Below, piece after piece: positions 14,150-26,789 of a stretch of DNA of 64,000 nt (position 1 is its first letter; each line of letters begins with the position of its first letter). The stretch is from Octopus vulgaris (Eukaryota): assembly GCA_951406725.2 (NCBI GenBank), contig OX597821.1:30628001-30692000 (forward strand), in the 5' to 3' direction. The position numbers and the translations under genes were made by a program. The notes under the pieces were generated by a model. It was not told where the DNA came from. It worked only from the letters and a program-made list of their open reading frames with translations, and made no database searches.

Positions 14150-15200
14150 GAGCATCAAAATGTCGAGATTTCTAAATTTATTATATCCAGTGACTAAATC
14201 AATATGTTATACATATATATATATGTACCTTGACATAGAACTTTGTTCTCCATTAAATTCGTGCTTTAGTATCATGCAAGATAAATCATGGTTTTGTTCA
14301 AAATCTGTGTTGTTACTGTATAAATTTAACATGCTGAATGTGTAATCCTCGATACATCTTTTACATTTAAATGTTTCTGATGAACAGGTACAATTATATT
14401 TTATGGTAAAATTTTGTCCTGATTTGAATTCATATGGTCTGTCCTTTATGATGTTGATGCAAATCCTGCACTTTGCGCGGTCACATTTATGGCATCTGCT
14501 ACGAGGTTTGTGAAGGGTGATTTAGCGCTGGTGAGTCGTTTCTTCGGGGACTTTGATTGTATTTTGCTTTTAATTGCTCTGCATTTAGGCGGTGTTCCAG
14601 CATGGCCGCAATCAAATGACTGGAACCAGTTAAATGATAAAATAATATTTCAAGTGTTTATTTCACTCTTGGGTCTTGTCTCAGTAGAGGGAGGATGCGG
14701 TGGATAATGTTGCAAACCTCTGTCTTTTGTGGAGATATGTATAGTAATGAAGTGCATGTTTGGTTTTTCCTAATTCTTGTTCATCACTTCCGTTGTCTAT
14801 TAATATTGATGCGTATGATCTTCCAATTAGTATTTGCTTTAATTTTGAAACAGCTGGCGGCCACATTAAGTGGAATATTAAGTCTTCATATGTTTGGGAT
14901 AGTATGAGGAAGAGAGCAGCTATTGTTTAGAATATGTTGGTTTGAAATCAATATGTTTCAATGCTTCTTCATGTTTTGATTATTTGGATACCCTGTAACT
15001 GTCGTTGAGTTTTACTGCAATTCATAGTGGAGGTAGTACTTGTATCTATGATGTTGATACGGCATTTGCAAACAATAGAATAAGAAAATATGAGCGTCCA
15101 CATGATCTATTGTAAATATTTCTAAAAGTCCAAGCCATATTTTAATCTATATTTTTCCATATATCTGGACCTCCTTTTATACCATGTGTAAATTGATATA
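14150..15200 (-). mobile_element. Decayed Penelope-like element (RT thumb and GIY-YIG linker)
   Basis: Minus-strand remnants YYPKHMK.., SKLKQILIGRSY..LIDNG and NIIKDRPYEFKSGQNFTIKYNCTCSSE..CKRCIEDY align by eye with the PLE at 43628-44422 (MKFKSGHIFKVNADMNC..CPTCKEDY). A SINE-A tail interrupts it at ~14587-14640. Confidence 0.55.
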
Positions 15201-15268
15201 AGACTCAGGATCTTTTATCGTTTCTGTAAACACCAGTTATGAAACGAAAGAAACACAGAAACAGATAG

Positions 15269-15335
<67 letters not shown>

Positions 15336-15348
15336 TGTGTGTGTACAG

Positions 15349-15417
<69 letters not shown>

Positions 15418-16419
15418 TGACCTATCTATCTAAATAAATATATTAATATATGTATGGATATTTACTCATTTGGGTGTTGCGTTTGTGTGTTGTATGTATG
15501 CTCCATATAATTAGGTAAGGTCAATTATGGTTTTCATAAATAGAAGCGTCACACCTCTCCCTAAGTCGATTCCAAGCATCAGGTAAAAATAACTACCATA
15601 AATTTTTGTAAATAATATGTATGTGTCCAGAAATGGAATTATCACGGAACTTTTATGTGAACACGGTAGGCAAAATAGCGGATTTTATTTCAATATTTGT
15701 GCCACACATGGTCACACATACACAAATAACAACACACAGAGACATATGGGTGCACACAAAGAGGTGCATTTACGTAAACTTATATAACTTCTCTTAACCA
15801 TGTGAAGCCTGAGAAAAATGTAATGAAGTGAATACTCCATTGTATTTTTTCGTCCTTAACAGAAATACGTGAATGTGTTGAGACAATTGTAGTCTTTATC
15901 TAGTAAATGGAAGAATTATCAATCCGTATTTGTAGTACGATGGGTACTTTACTCGATCAATGAACGAGATGTATAACGAACATATATGGAGATATAGCGA
16001 CACATACGCACGTGTCTGAGCTTCTTGGTATGGCAGTGTGTGTGTATATATTTGTGTGTGTGTGTGTGTGATGTCATAAATGTGTATATGTTAGGGACCC
16101 TCGTATATTCAAAGTATTTTACCATACGTTAATAAGAGATAAAAACAATTATCAAGTGTTAAACATAAACCATTAGATTAAACATCTAAGAAGAATATTT
16201 TGCATTGCATAATTCCTCGAGTGTTACCAGCTTTTTGAGATTGTCAGCTGGGAGAACTGTAAGTATTAAATGGCGATTCCCCTTGTGAGGGTACGTACAG
16301 TTTTAGTGAATCTCGAGTAAGGAAGCAAAACGAAGCAATTTACTGTGTATTACTTTAAAAGTTTGAAAACTTATAAGCCGCAGAAAAGATATTTTGTTAT
16401 TGCAATGCAGTGAGTAAAA

Positions 16420-17170
16420 CAGTATTTTTAAGGCATCGGACAAAATCCTTCGCGGAAAATTTCCTCTCTTAGCATTGAAAGTTCAAATTTCACATTGTCT
16501 TTTATTATTTTAGTGTCGATGAAATAAGTACTAGTAGAGTACTGGGGTTGATATTGATGACTAGCTCCTCCCTTCAAATTCCAGGCCTTTTGACTATAGT
16601 AGAAACAATTATTACAAGCAAATAATGTGGTTATTTCACAGAGTCTTTAGCGGCTTATCATCGTACTCAAATTTCGCCGAGCACCCCTTTGCCTTTCATC
16701 ATATGAAGTCGATAAAATGAGCACCAATCGAGTACTGGGATCAATATAATCGACTTATAGTACAAAACGAGAAAAGTCGGCGATTTGGCAGAATCGTTAG
16801 CCGTGCTGGAAATATAATTTGAGCAAATCGTCAAGTTCAAAGTCTACCGAGGTTGACTTAGCATTTCTATCGTTTCAGTATCTGAGGTCGATATAATCGA
16901 ATAGACCCTCCTTCCAGATTTCAGGCCTTGTGTATATAACAGACATGATTATTAAAAGCGAATTTGGTAGTGAGTTGGCTGAATCGTTGGCGCACTGTAC
17001 GAAATAGAATCATTTTCCGTTTTCCCGTTTGAGTTAACTTCTGCCAAAATCCAAATCGCATTTCATTCTTTCAGGCTCGTTGAAATGAGTACAGGCTGCA
17101 CACAGGTGTCGATGTCGTCGACTAAACTTCGACATTTCAAGCCTGGTGCCTATCGAAGAAAGTATAATTA
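16420..17170 (+). mobile_element. Head-to-tail cluster of about four diverged SINE-B copies
   Basis: The block GTTCAAAT..TTTCAT..GTCGAT.AAAT.AGTAC..CTGGGGTCGAT..TTCAGGCCTTG recurs from ~16480, ~16665, ~16835 and ~17030. Confidence 0.65.
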
Positions 17171-17360
17171 CAAGCGGATTCTTTCTCAAAAAGATTTATG
17201 ACGGTCTAACACCTCGTAGAACCGGGAATACGCTTTTATTTAAATCCAGTAATATGCAAATTGTTTGGCCTGTTACATTCCTTTAATAATTTAAATGGAA
17301 AATCATTGAGTACTGTAAACAGAAAAGGAAAGCAATGAAACTGTGTAAATATATGCATTC

Positions 17361-17520
17361 TTACATTATTTACATTATTTACATTCGACGGATATTTGTC
17401 AGCCTTCTTCAGGTGTCTTGGGGAAATTTCGAACCTGGGAGGACAAATATCCGCCGAATGTAAATAATGTAAATGATGGAAATAATGTACATAATTCCTC
17501 ATCTCTTAAATATAGAACTG
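17361..17520. repeat. Short inverted repeat (~40-bp arms) from an internally deleted repeat, probably a PLE end
   Basis: TTTACATTATTTACATTCGACGGATATTTGTC (to 17400) pairs with GACAAATATCCGCCGAATGTAAATAATGTAAA (from 17442). A longer, diverged homologue lies at ~37500-37660. Confidence 0.65.
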
Positions 17521-17680
17521 CAATATGCATTCTTGTATATGGAAATATGCAGAGCAAAACCCAATCTATAAACTTACGCACAAACGAACCTACACAAACA
17601 TACATACATACATACATACATACATACATACATACATACATACATACATACATACATACATGCATACATGAATGCATGCA

Positions 17681-17735
<55 letters not shown>

Positions 17736-19617
17736 CGTACGGAAATACGTATATATACACACGCATGCGTACATACATACATGCATACATACATACATAC
17801 ATACTTACATACATAATGAGGGAAATAAACAAATTAAAACCACTTGGGTTAGAAATACAAATCATACATACACGTATACATGTAAATACAGAGAAAGCAA
17901 AAACTGAAAATATTCAGATGAGGAATAATCATGTATGAATATATATATCTTTATATATTAACAAAGGAAAATTATACATAGTACAAAGACATAGAAAACT
18001 AAGGACAGAAGGTATCATTTTAGAGGTCCGACAGGTGTATGTGTGGGCTGAAGTACTTCACAAAATTAGGCAACCAGTAGTGAAAGCATATTGACGATTC
18101 ATATATACATCTTCCGTTGTTAAAGCGATGAGATATATATCTAGATGGTTAGATATTTGTTCTTTTGCTCAAGAAAACACAGCCCATCCAGTACAGGAAC
18201 CGAAACGGTGACCTAGCTATCGTGAATGCAACACCCAAGATACAAGGTCATGCCCCCATACATAGATGCATATGTATATGTATACATACGTGTGTCCATA
18301 TATATAAATATGTGTGTGTTTATACATATGTGTGTGTGTGTGTGTTTGTCAGTGAGCATGGGAGTTTGTGTGTGTATGTATCACTATGTGTCTTCGTCCT
18401 TTCGTGAAACAATCAAAAAACAAAAATACTGCGTGTAAATATATGACGTAAAATTTATATTCGTGAGTATTTATTTGGCTGTTTTAGTGAATAGACTATT
18501 ACTGCCTAATGTGGTTGTTGCAATTTATAACAACACAATCGCGGGAAAACACGAGATTCCCGAGTACATGTGAACTGGCCATTGGGAGAGACAGATTGCC
18601 ATTTGATATAATAGGTGTATGGAACGCATTCGTTAATCGACAAGTTTTGATGTGTGAAATACGTCTACGGTTAGATTTTGACTTCTTCAACTTACTAATT
18701 ACGAGAATTTTAACACATCAGAAGTTACTATATCAACTACACCATCAAGGGACTCAACATTAATATGTTAAATGATAACACTGTAAAGGTCTCTGATAAA
18801 TTCATTACACTATTTAAATGATATCTCAGACTTATGAAGCCAGATGAAAATGATAAATTGGATTTATTTCTATTAAGTCTAGGAGATACAGCCGCTTGTT
18901 TCTATAGAAGATATTGGTGTGAAATTACAAAAGAGGTGTCTGAAGATAGCATTAAATAGTATTCATGTGAAAAAAAAATATTTAGAACATCGTAATTTAC
19001 TAGCAGCAAAATTCTTAATAGTGAAACAGACAAATGATATATGCATTGAAACAAATGAGCAAGCCAAATATAAACTCAGCTCGCTTGCTCAAATTTCAAA
19101 ATATCGTAAATGTTTCTATATAATTTGAATGAGACTCTAATTGAGATAAATTTATTACCCTGAAGGACAGGGTAATAAAACTGACCGAAAGACAGTTTGC
19201 CATAGCTCTATCATGTCTCAAAAAACTATGAAAACATGTTCTAAAATGTTTCTACAATCCTTAATTTGGATGCAACCAGTCTAACGATGATAATATTTGC
19301 TATGATGCTGCTGTTAAATGAGTAGTTTTAGTAACAAGAATTTAGGACAGTGTGCACTGATATTGGAAAAACATGTTGCAAACAATAGTGGAAAACATTT
19401 TGTAACAATAATGTAATATCTAGAATATCAAATATCTTGTAGACTTTGAATGCGACCCACGGCAGCTAGAATATTGTGGAGGAAATCAAAGATTACGAGG
19501 TTTCTCTACCTTCTTATGAATATGAACCCCTTTGATATCTATCTTATTTGTTTGAGGAATAAAAACTAGTTTTATAGAAACTTCTTTCAAAAATTCCTAT
19601 TCTGTTTTTCAGACACT

Positions 19618-20305
19618 CTTTTCTACTCTAGGCACAAGGCCCGACATTTTAGGGGAGGATGGGGGGGGCATTCGATTAGATCGACCCTATTACGAAAGGA
19701 TGCAAGGCAAGTTCGACCCCGGCAGAATTTGAACTCAGAACGTAATGTCAGACGAAATACCGCGAAGCATTTCGCCCGGCGAAATAAGTTTCTTATTTCT
19801 TTATTGCCTACAAGGGGCTAAACACAGAGAAGACAAACAAGGACAGACAAACGAATTTCAACTCAGAACATAACGGCAGACGAAATACCTATTTCTATAC
19901 TACCCACTAGGGGTTAAACATAGAGACGACAAACAAGGACAGACACATGGAATAAGTCGATTATATCGACTCCAATGCCTAACTGGTACTTATTTAATCG
20001 ACCCCGAAAGGATGAAAGGCAAAGTCGACCACGGTGGAATTTGAACTCAGAACGTAGCGGCAGACGATATACCTATTTCTTTATTACCCACAAGGGGCGA
20101 AGCATAGAAGGGACAAACAAGGACAGACATAGGTATTAAGTCAATTACATCGACCCCAGTGCGTAACTCGTATTTAATTTATCGATCCCGAAAGGATGAA
20201 AGGCAAAGTCGACCTCGGCAGAATTTAAACTCAGAACGTAGCTGCAGATGATATACCGCTAAGCATTTCGCCCGGCGTGCTAATGATTCTGCTAGCTCGC
20301 CGCAT
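19618..20305 (-). mobile_element. SINE family B with internal reiterated segments
   Basis: The minus-strand head GCGGCGAGCTAGCAGAATCATTAGCACGCCGGGCG is at ~20303. The segment GAATTT.AACTCAGAAC.TA..CAGA.GA..TACC repeats at ~19725, 19853, 20037 and 20221. Confidence 0.8.
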
Positions 20306-20574
20306 TTAAACGTGTGTAAATTGGACTATGAAAAGTGTTAGAGAAAGAAACCTATTTCTCTCTTGCAATGCATGCCAATACATATATAAAGAGCAAATTT
20401 TTTTCAGGATAACTTAAAATACTAGTGCGAGTCCTCAATTTACTGTTTTATTTCATGAACCTCCAGAATCTTAAATGGACACTCAGGGGACATTTAGAAT
20501 TTGGCTGAGAATCACTGGATAACATTATCAATAAGTTTATTTATAACCTCTCCATGATATATCCTTTTTCTTTT

Positions 20575-21360
20575 ATGTTTCTATTACTTGTTTGTGACTG
20601 CGGCCATGCTCGAACACAGGATTTATCGTCGCCAGGATTTATTCTATGTAATCTTAGTACTTCTTCTACCAGGTTCTTTTGACGAACCACTAAGTTACAA
20701 TGATGTGATAAGGCCAACATCGATTGTCAAGCAATGGTGGGGCGAGGGACAAGAACAGACGCACAAATATATATATATATATATATATTTATATAAAGTT
20801 AATACAAACAAGAAAGCACCAAAAAAAAAACCACACAACAACGTGAGGACGTGGAACAAATATAGTATTATTGGACGTTCAGGGAAAGAAGGGAAGAAGG
20901 AGTGTTTAACGTTTCGAGCGGAGCTCTTCGTCGCAAACATAGGAGAAGGAAAGAACCCGAGAAGGGAAGACAGAGGAAAAAAATCGCCAACGGTACTCAC
21001 CAGGTCACGTTTTGAAAGACCGGAAGTAGAAAGGTGGAAGAATAATATTTTTAAAGACAGAAGAGTTTTCAAAGACAGTATGGTAGTATGTCAAAGACAA
21101 GGAAAGTGAGAGGGGGAATGTTTGTAGATGTGTGCGTGCGCGGGGGTCTGCGTGTGCGCGTGTGTGTGTATGTGTGCAATGATGACGTGTGTGTGTGTGT
21201 GCATGTGTATGTGTATGGGTGTATGGCGAACAACTGGCTAGTAGTTGGCCAGTTTGTAAGAATAAGGAGTGGTGTTTTTGTGTCGAGCGACAGGTCAAAA
21301 CAAAGAGGTATGTGTGTGTGCGTGTATGTATATCGAGTGTGTGTTTTATATAGCCCGTTC

Positions 21361-21404
<44 letters not shown>

Positions 21405-21418
21405 AGTGTGTGTGTGTG

Positions 21419-21480
<62 letters not shown>

Positions 21481-21634
21481 CGATGAGCTCCTTCTAGATT
21501 CCGCGGACCAAATCCACCCACAAATCTTTGGTCGGCCCGAAGCTATAGTAGAATACATCTGCCCAAGATTTCACGAAGTGGGACTGAACCCGGGTCCAAG
21601 TGGTTGGGAAGCAGACTTCTTACCACACAGCCAC
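20575..21634 (-). mobile_element. SINE family A copy split by a PLE terminal-repeat insertion in its internal TA tract
   Basis: The SINE 3' half is at 20575-20765 and the 5' half at 21480-21634. The insert spans 20795-~21360. Confidence 0.75.
20795..21360 (-). mobile_element. PLE 3' terminal repeat with a damaged hammerhead core
   Basis: Homologous to 26030-26216 (+) and 31013-31220 (-). Minus strand 20903-20939 reads TGTTT GCGACGA AGAGC TCC GCTC GAAACGT T AAACA. Confidence 0.75.
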
Positions 21635-23195
21635 GAAGTATTAACATTTAAATTTGATAAAGGGATCCTGAATCAGAAAAGTTTATATCTAAAGCTATAA
21701 AAAATTGGAAGGTGATGGGAATTTGGCATACAGCATGATGACAGATATCTCAGCGTGACTTATTCATTTCAAGAACAGTAGCAGGCTACCGCTTTCGATA
21801 TTCCAACTGAGCGTAAATCCATCAAAAATCAAAGATGTTTAGAGTTAGAACTCGCGAGTAATTGCATTTGATGTTAATAAGTGCCAGCATCAATTTGGGG
21901 TGGTAAGGCTTCACAATGAACGAACTAGGAATAAAATGTAAGAATACGCAACTCGAGGTAATCATAAGTTTTATGGCTATGCTCAAATAATAGTGGAATC
22001 TCTAAATTTTAAGCCTCCGCTGCTCCAGTTGGAGCAAAATCAAGAGTACATAGAAGGCTTTAGAGCTTGAGAAAAGACCGTTAGATAGGTTAGTAGTGGC
22101 TTTAATACGAATTTATTCATTAAAATGACATAAAATTATAGAAAAAGGACGAAAACTGTCCATCTAAAAGATTTTGATATCTTTGTCCCATCTAAAAGAT
22201 TTTGATGTCTTTGTCCCATCACCACAAATTTGATTACTTCCATTTTTTTTTTATCATGCTAGTTACTAAGATTTGATTAATCAACTAGTTAATCGTTGTT
22301 TGGCATCACTTCTAAAAGTAGTTTCTTTTGTGGTGTAGACAATTTATTAATGGATATACTGTAGATACCTTACTAATAGAATCATGTGAGATAAGGAGAA
22401 CAATAGAACTATTGAAGATCATGTGTGACCTGTGACCATGCGTGTTTTTCAGTAGAAGATCGGTTTCTATTGAGAGTATAGTTTACTTAAAATAGCTTCT
22501 TGAGTCTTCGACTTCAGAAGTGTGGAATACATCAGTGGCTGGATATTGCTTCTTATAGATTACATTTTTTATATACTTTATTGACATTCAGCTTTGAATG
22601 CTTCTGGTATGTCTTTCCCACCAAGTCCAAGAAAAATATATATATATTTCTTTTCATTAACATTTTTTTTTTGTTGATAATTACTAAATTTTAAATTACT
22701 TCTGAGTGCTTTTTCTTTCATTCTCCTGAAAATCTCTGCAGGAAGAATCGGACTCTTGCAGATGACACTTGTATTGTTAGCTGGTTCTTCTGCTATTTAT
22801 GAAAGAGAATTTTGTTGTGACCAGCAGGTGGAATGGGATAAAACCCTCATTCATTTTGGTATGCAGACAAGTATTTTTAGAAATTTTATGCGAAATCATT
22901 AGGATATTCAAAAGAAATTATTTTCAGCGACTAGAGATGGTATTTGTTGATTAAATGGCATGTCAGTTTTATTCAAACATAACCTTCAGTTTTAAAACCC
23001 TGTAGAATATAGGAGACTCTACGCAAAATTTCACATGAAGGGGCTACGTTCCTTTTTCAATTTTCGTTCCTTCCCTAGAATTGTAACAGAATCATAGCAT
23101 TATTCTGACACAACTTGATAACAATGATTTATACATATACGTGATTAGCAGATTTCTCAGTAGAAAGGATGCACACACACACACACAGACGTATG

Positions 23196-23251
<56 letters not shown>

Positions 23252-23317
23252 ATTCAAAATAGAGAGACAATGGCAAGAGAAAACGATGCGAGGAGATAGC
23301 ACATATAAAATGTGTGC

Positions 23318-23392
<75 letters not shown>

Positions 23393-24469
23393 AAGAAAGA
23401 GAGACAGAGAGGAAGAGAGAGAGGCAGACAGACAGAGAAAGTGAAAGAGGCAGACATACAGAGAAAGAGAGAGTGAGGGAGAAAGAGAGAGTGAGGGAGA
23501 AAGAGAGAGTGAGGGAGAAAGAGAGAGTGAGGGAGAAAGAGAGAGAGATCACAGATGAGATCCAGAGATTTTCCATATAGTAATCTAAGATTCAAATTAA
23601 AGGGGTGAAAGACAGATGAAATACGTCCAACAGCTGTTTCTGTTGCCCGGTGACCCATAAATATGTTGGTAGATTTAGTTTATCACAAAATGCTGCTATA
23701 TGGATGAAATTAACATTGGGTGGGACGAGCCTCCGTTATCAAGGTAGACATTTTAATGCAGAGATACCATCTTTGAACTTCTCTGCATTAAGATTACAAG
23801 AACGGTTGAGGCAACCGATCATACACAAATGTTGAGGCGTATCAGATTACTTTAACAGATATCAGTACTATTCATCCATGGTGAGAGAAAACAACAGCTC
23901 AATGTCGATGGTTAGAAACAAGCGACCTAATTTTGTATAAATTACACACTGAGCAAATTCTATCTTATTTGATTTATTTCTTCCTATTTCCTTAACAGTT
24001 GATTTGATTCGTCTGTGAATGAGATATCATTAGGAGTGAGGTTCTCCATATATTTCCAGACTGCCATTTGATAAGACTAACAATAAATTCACTCAAATGT
24101 ATATCTAAAACAACTGTAGGCTACACTTAAGCCTGTAATAAATATAGATACATAAATAAATGCACATAACATTATTTCTGTCTCTTTCGTGCATCGATCT
24201 GTAAAACCTACCATCGTAACTGCATAATGCAGACACAAGTGTACAAATTTGACTAGTTATGGAGTTCGACTTCGGCTTTTGATACCGCAATGCACGCAGT
24301 ACAATAACAATGACAACATTTTCTTGTAGGCCTGGTGTACTTTTATCTAGAGAGGGAATTTAACAAGTATTTCACTGTGATAAAAATCCCTTCTTAACCA
24401 TTATTTGTCTATGTATATGTGTGTGTGTGCGCGCGTTATTGTGTGTGTAAGTAAATATATATATTTATA

Positions 24470-24800
24470 TAAATCCTTAAATCCTTAAAAAAGTTTAAGC
24501 CCGAACGCTGCTGCCATGCTGGGGCACCACCGTTGAATGAGCTACACTAGTATGTGAATCCACCTCTGATACGTGGCACTTGGTCGACAAGGAAGTTCAA
24601 TGCCGCTGCCCGCATCTGTGTCTCCTGCCGGGAGGTAGGTTCATCTGGGACCACCGACAAGAAGAGATCCAGTTTAGTTTTAAAGTAACCCACATCCACA
24701 CCATGCAAGTCTCTCAGGCATTTAGAGAGGATGTTGAAGATCTGCGGTCCTCTGAAACCCAAGCTGTTGCAGTACCTTGGTCCTGTATTTTGATAGTGAT
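24470..24800 (-). mobile_element. 3' end of a CR1-like LINE (ORF2 C-terminus, 3' UTR and short-repeat tail)
   Basis: GFRGPQIFNILSKCLRDLHGVDVGYFKTKLDLFLSVVPDEP is the typical CR1-group C-terminal pattern (N.LP..FK..LD). The tail ends in (TTTAAGGA) repeats. Confidence 0.75.
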
Positions 24801-25790
24801 GTAGGAATTAAAATGTATATGTATATATGTATGAATATATGTATATATATATATTCATGTATGTATGCATGTATGTATGTATATATACATATACATATAC
24901 ACATATCCATTTATACTTATATACACGTGCATAAAATTATCTACGTGCATATACAACGAGCTTATCATTTGTTTTCATAAATATCGACGTTATCTTAGTT
25001 TTGAATATTTTAAAGCATTCCATGTATTTTTCATATTTGTTGCAATTCGAAAATAATTCCTAAGTTGTTTCTCTCTGACGTGATGTGATTTGAAAAAAGA
25101 AATTTTATACTACATATTACTTACTTTTGAATTTTCCTGCCCATGTTTATTTGTGCTATATTCCTGAACCAAATATGAATTTCTCTTTTAAGATTTTTTT
25201 TAGCATTATAGTATAATGTTTCTATCGAGTATACACTATGTTACTTTTTGCAAATTTATTCCCATTAGAATTGGCTTTTGTCACCTCCCTTCGTGACAAA
25301 CTGTCCAATACATTATTATATAAATCACGAATATTAAATCTACGCTATCAGATTTCTTCTTGCAAGACTACCCTCTGAAAATAGAACAGTATATTTTTAT
25401 AGTTATGTAGAGGCAAAATAGAAGGCAAAAACACCATTGAGATCAGTGAAGACAGGGTGTTAAGCTGTATGGTGTAATTGCAACGCAGATAAGCAACGCA
25501 TACACACACACGTAAGCACTCGCGCACATGATGTGATGTAATTTCTTCTGATCGTCAGATCTTACGTTGATATCGATGACAATATTCTACATTTAGTGGT
25601 GCAAATAATTATTATCAAATGTGTTTCAATCATGAGCTTCTCGCTTTTTCCCTTTCCACTTCATATTTCATCGTATGAATTTCTGTCGGTGTAATTCTTT
25701 TATTTGTGCACGTGTTTCTCTTTTCTTGTAGAACGTGTGAGATGATAGGGACCCGAATATCGAATGCATCGTGTGTATTTTGACGATTGC

Positions 25791-25847
<57 letters not shown>

Positions 25848-26029
25848 CCAATCAATCTTGCTGAAACTGAACAATGAGGAAAAACTTTTCTCCTTTTGTC
25901 ACTTCAAACTTAATATGATAAGTATATTCATATCTTTGTTTTATTGAATATGTACTCTAGAAATAAAGATTTCATCTTTTTCATATATTGCTAATATATA
26001 TATAGGACTACAATATATGTGTATCCTTA

Positions 26030-26210
26030 GCGATATTCTTTCCTCCGTCTTCCCTTCTTTAGATATTTCGTTTTTCTATGTTTCTGACGAAGAGCTCTGC
26101 TCAAAACGCTAAATCTTCCTTCTTCCTTTCGTTTCCTGAGCATCCAATAACACTATACTTGTTCCACGTCCTCGCGTTGTTGTTTTCTCTTTGTGTTTTC
26201 TTGTTTGGAT

Positions 26211-26216
<6 letters not shown>
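26030..26216 (+). mobile_element. Solo PLE terminal repeat with a degenerate hammerhead
   Basis: TGTTT CTGACGA AGAGC TCT GCTC AAAACGC at 26079-26109 (GAAA changed to AAAA). It ends directly in (TA)n. Confidence 0.75.
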
Positions 26217-26267
<51 letters not shown>

Positions 26268-26529
26268 AAGCATTAAAAAGAAAGAGACACATTTCACAGT
26301 AAATAATACTCCCCATGTATATATATATATATATATATGTATAAATATTCTCTGCGTTTAGATATGTGTCGGCTTTGGTCAGGAATATTAATAATCTTGA
26401 AAGTTGCATCTTTCTAATTCATATTTTAATCTACGCTGTTACATATATATGTATGTGTGCGTGCGAGTGTGTGTGTATACATGTATGTATATATTATTGT
26501 TATTATTATCATTATTATTTTCCTTTATT

Positions 26530-26789
26530 CTTTCACTTGTTTCGGTTATTTTGAGTGCAGCCATTGTAGAGCACTACTTTAGGTCGAACAAATCAACCCC
26601 AGGACTTATTTTTGTAAGCCTAGTACATATTCGATCGCTTTCTTTTGACGAACTGGTAAGATACGGGTACGTAAATACACCAACAACAGTCGTCAAGCGA
26701 TAGTAGGGGGGGGCAAACACAGACACACAAATATATATTTGTGTGTCTGTGTATGTCATCCACCATACGACGGGCTTCTTTCAGTTTCC
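26530..26789 (-). mobile_element. SINE family A, 3' part only
   Basis: Homology to family A stops abruptly at GGGCTTCTTTCAGTTTCC, where the Chapaev3-like element begins. Confidence 0.8.

Noticed and set aside
19720-20260. Repeat-spacer pattern reminiscent of a CRISPR array
   Set aside because: The spacing is irregular, the 'spacers' are homologous to each other, the context is a eukaryotic SINE, and there are no cas genes.
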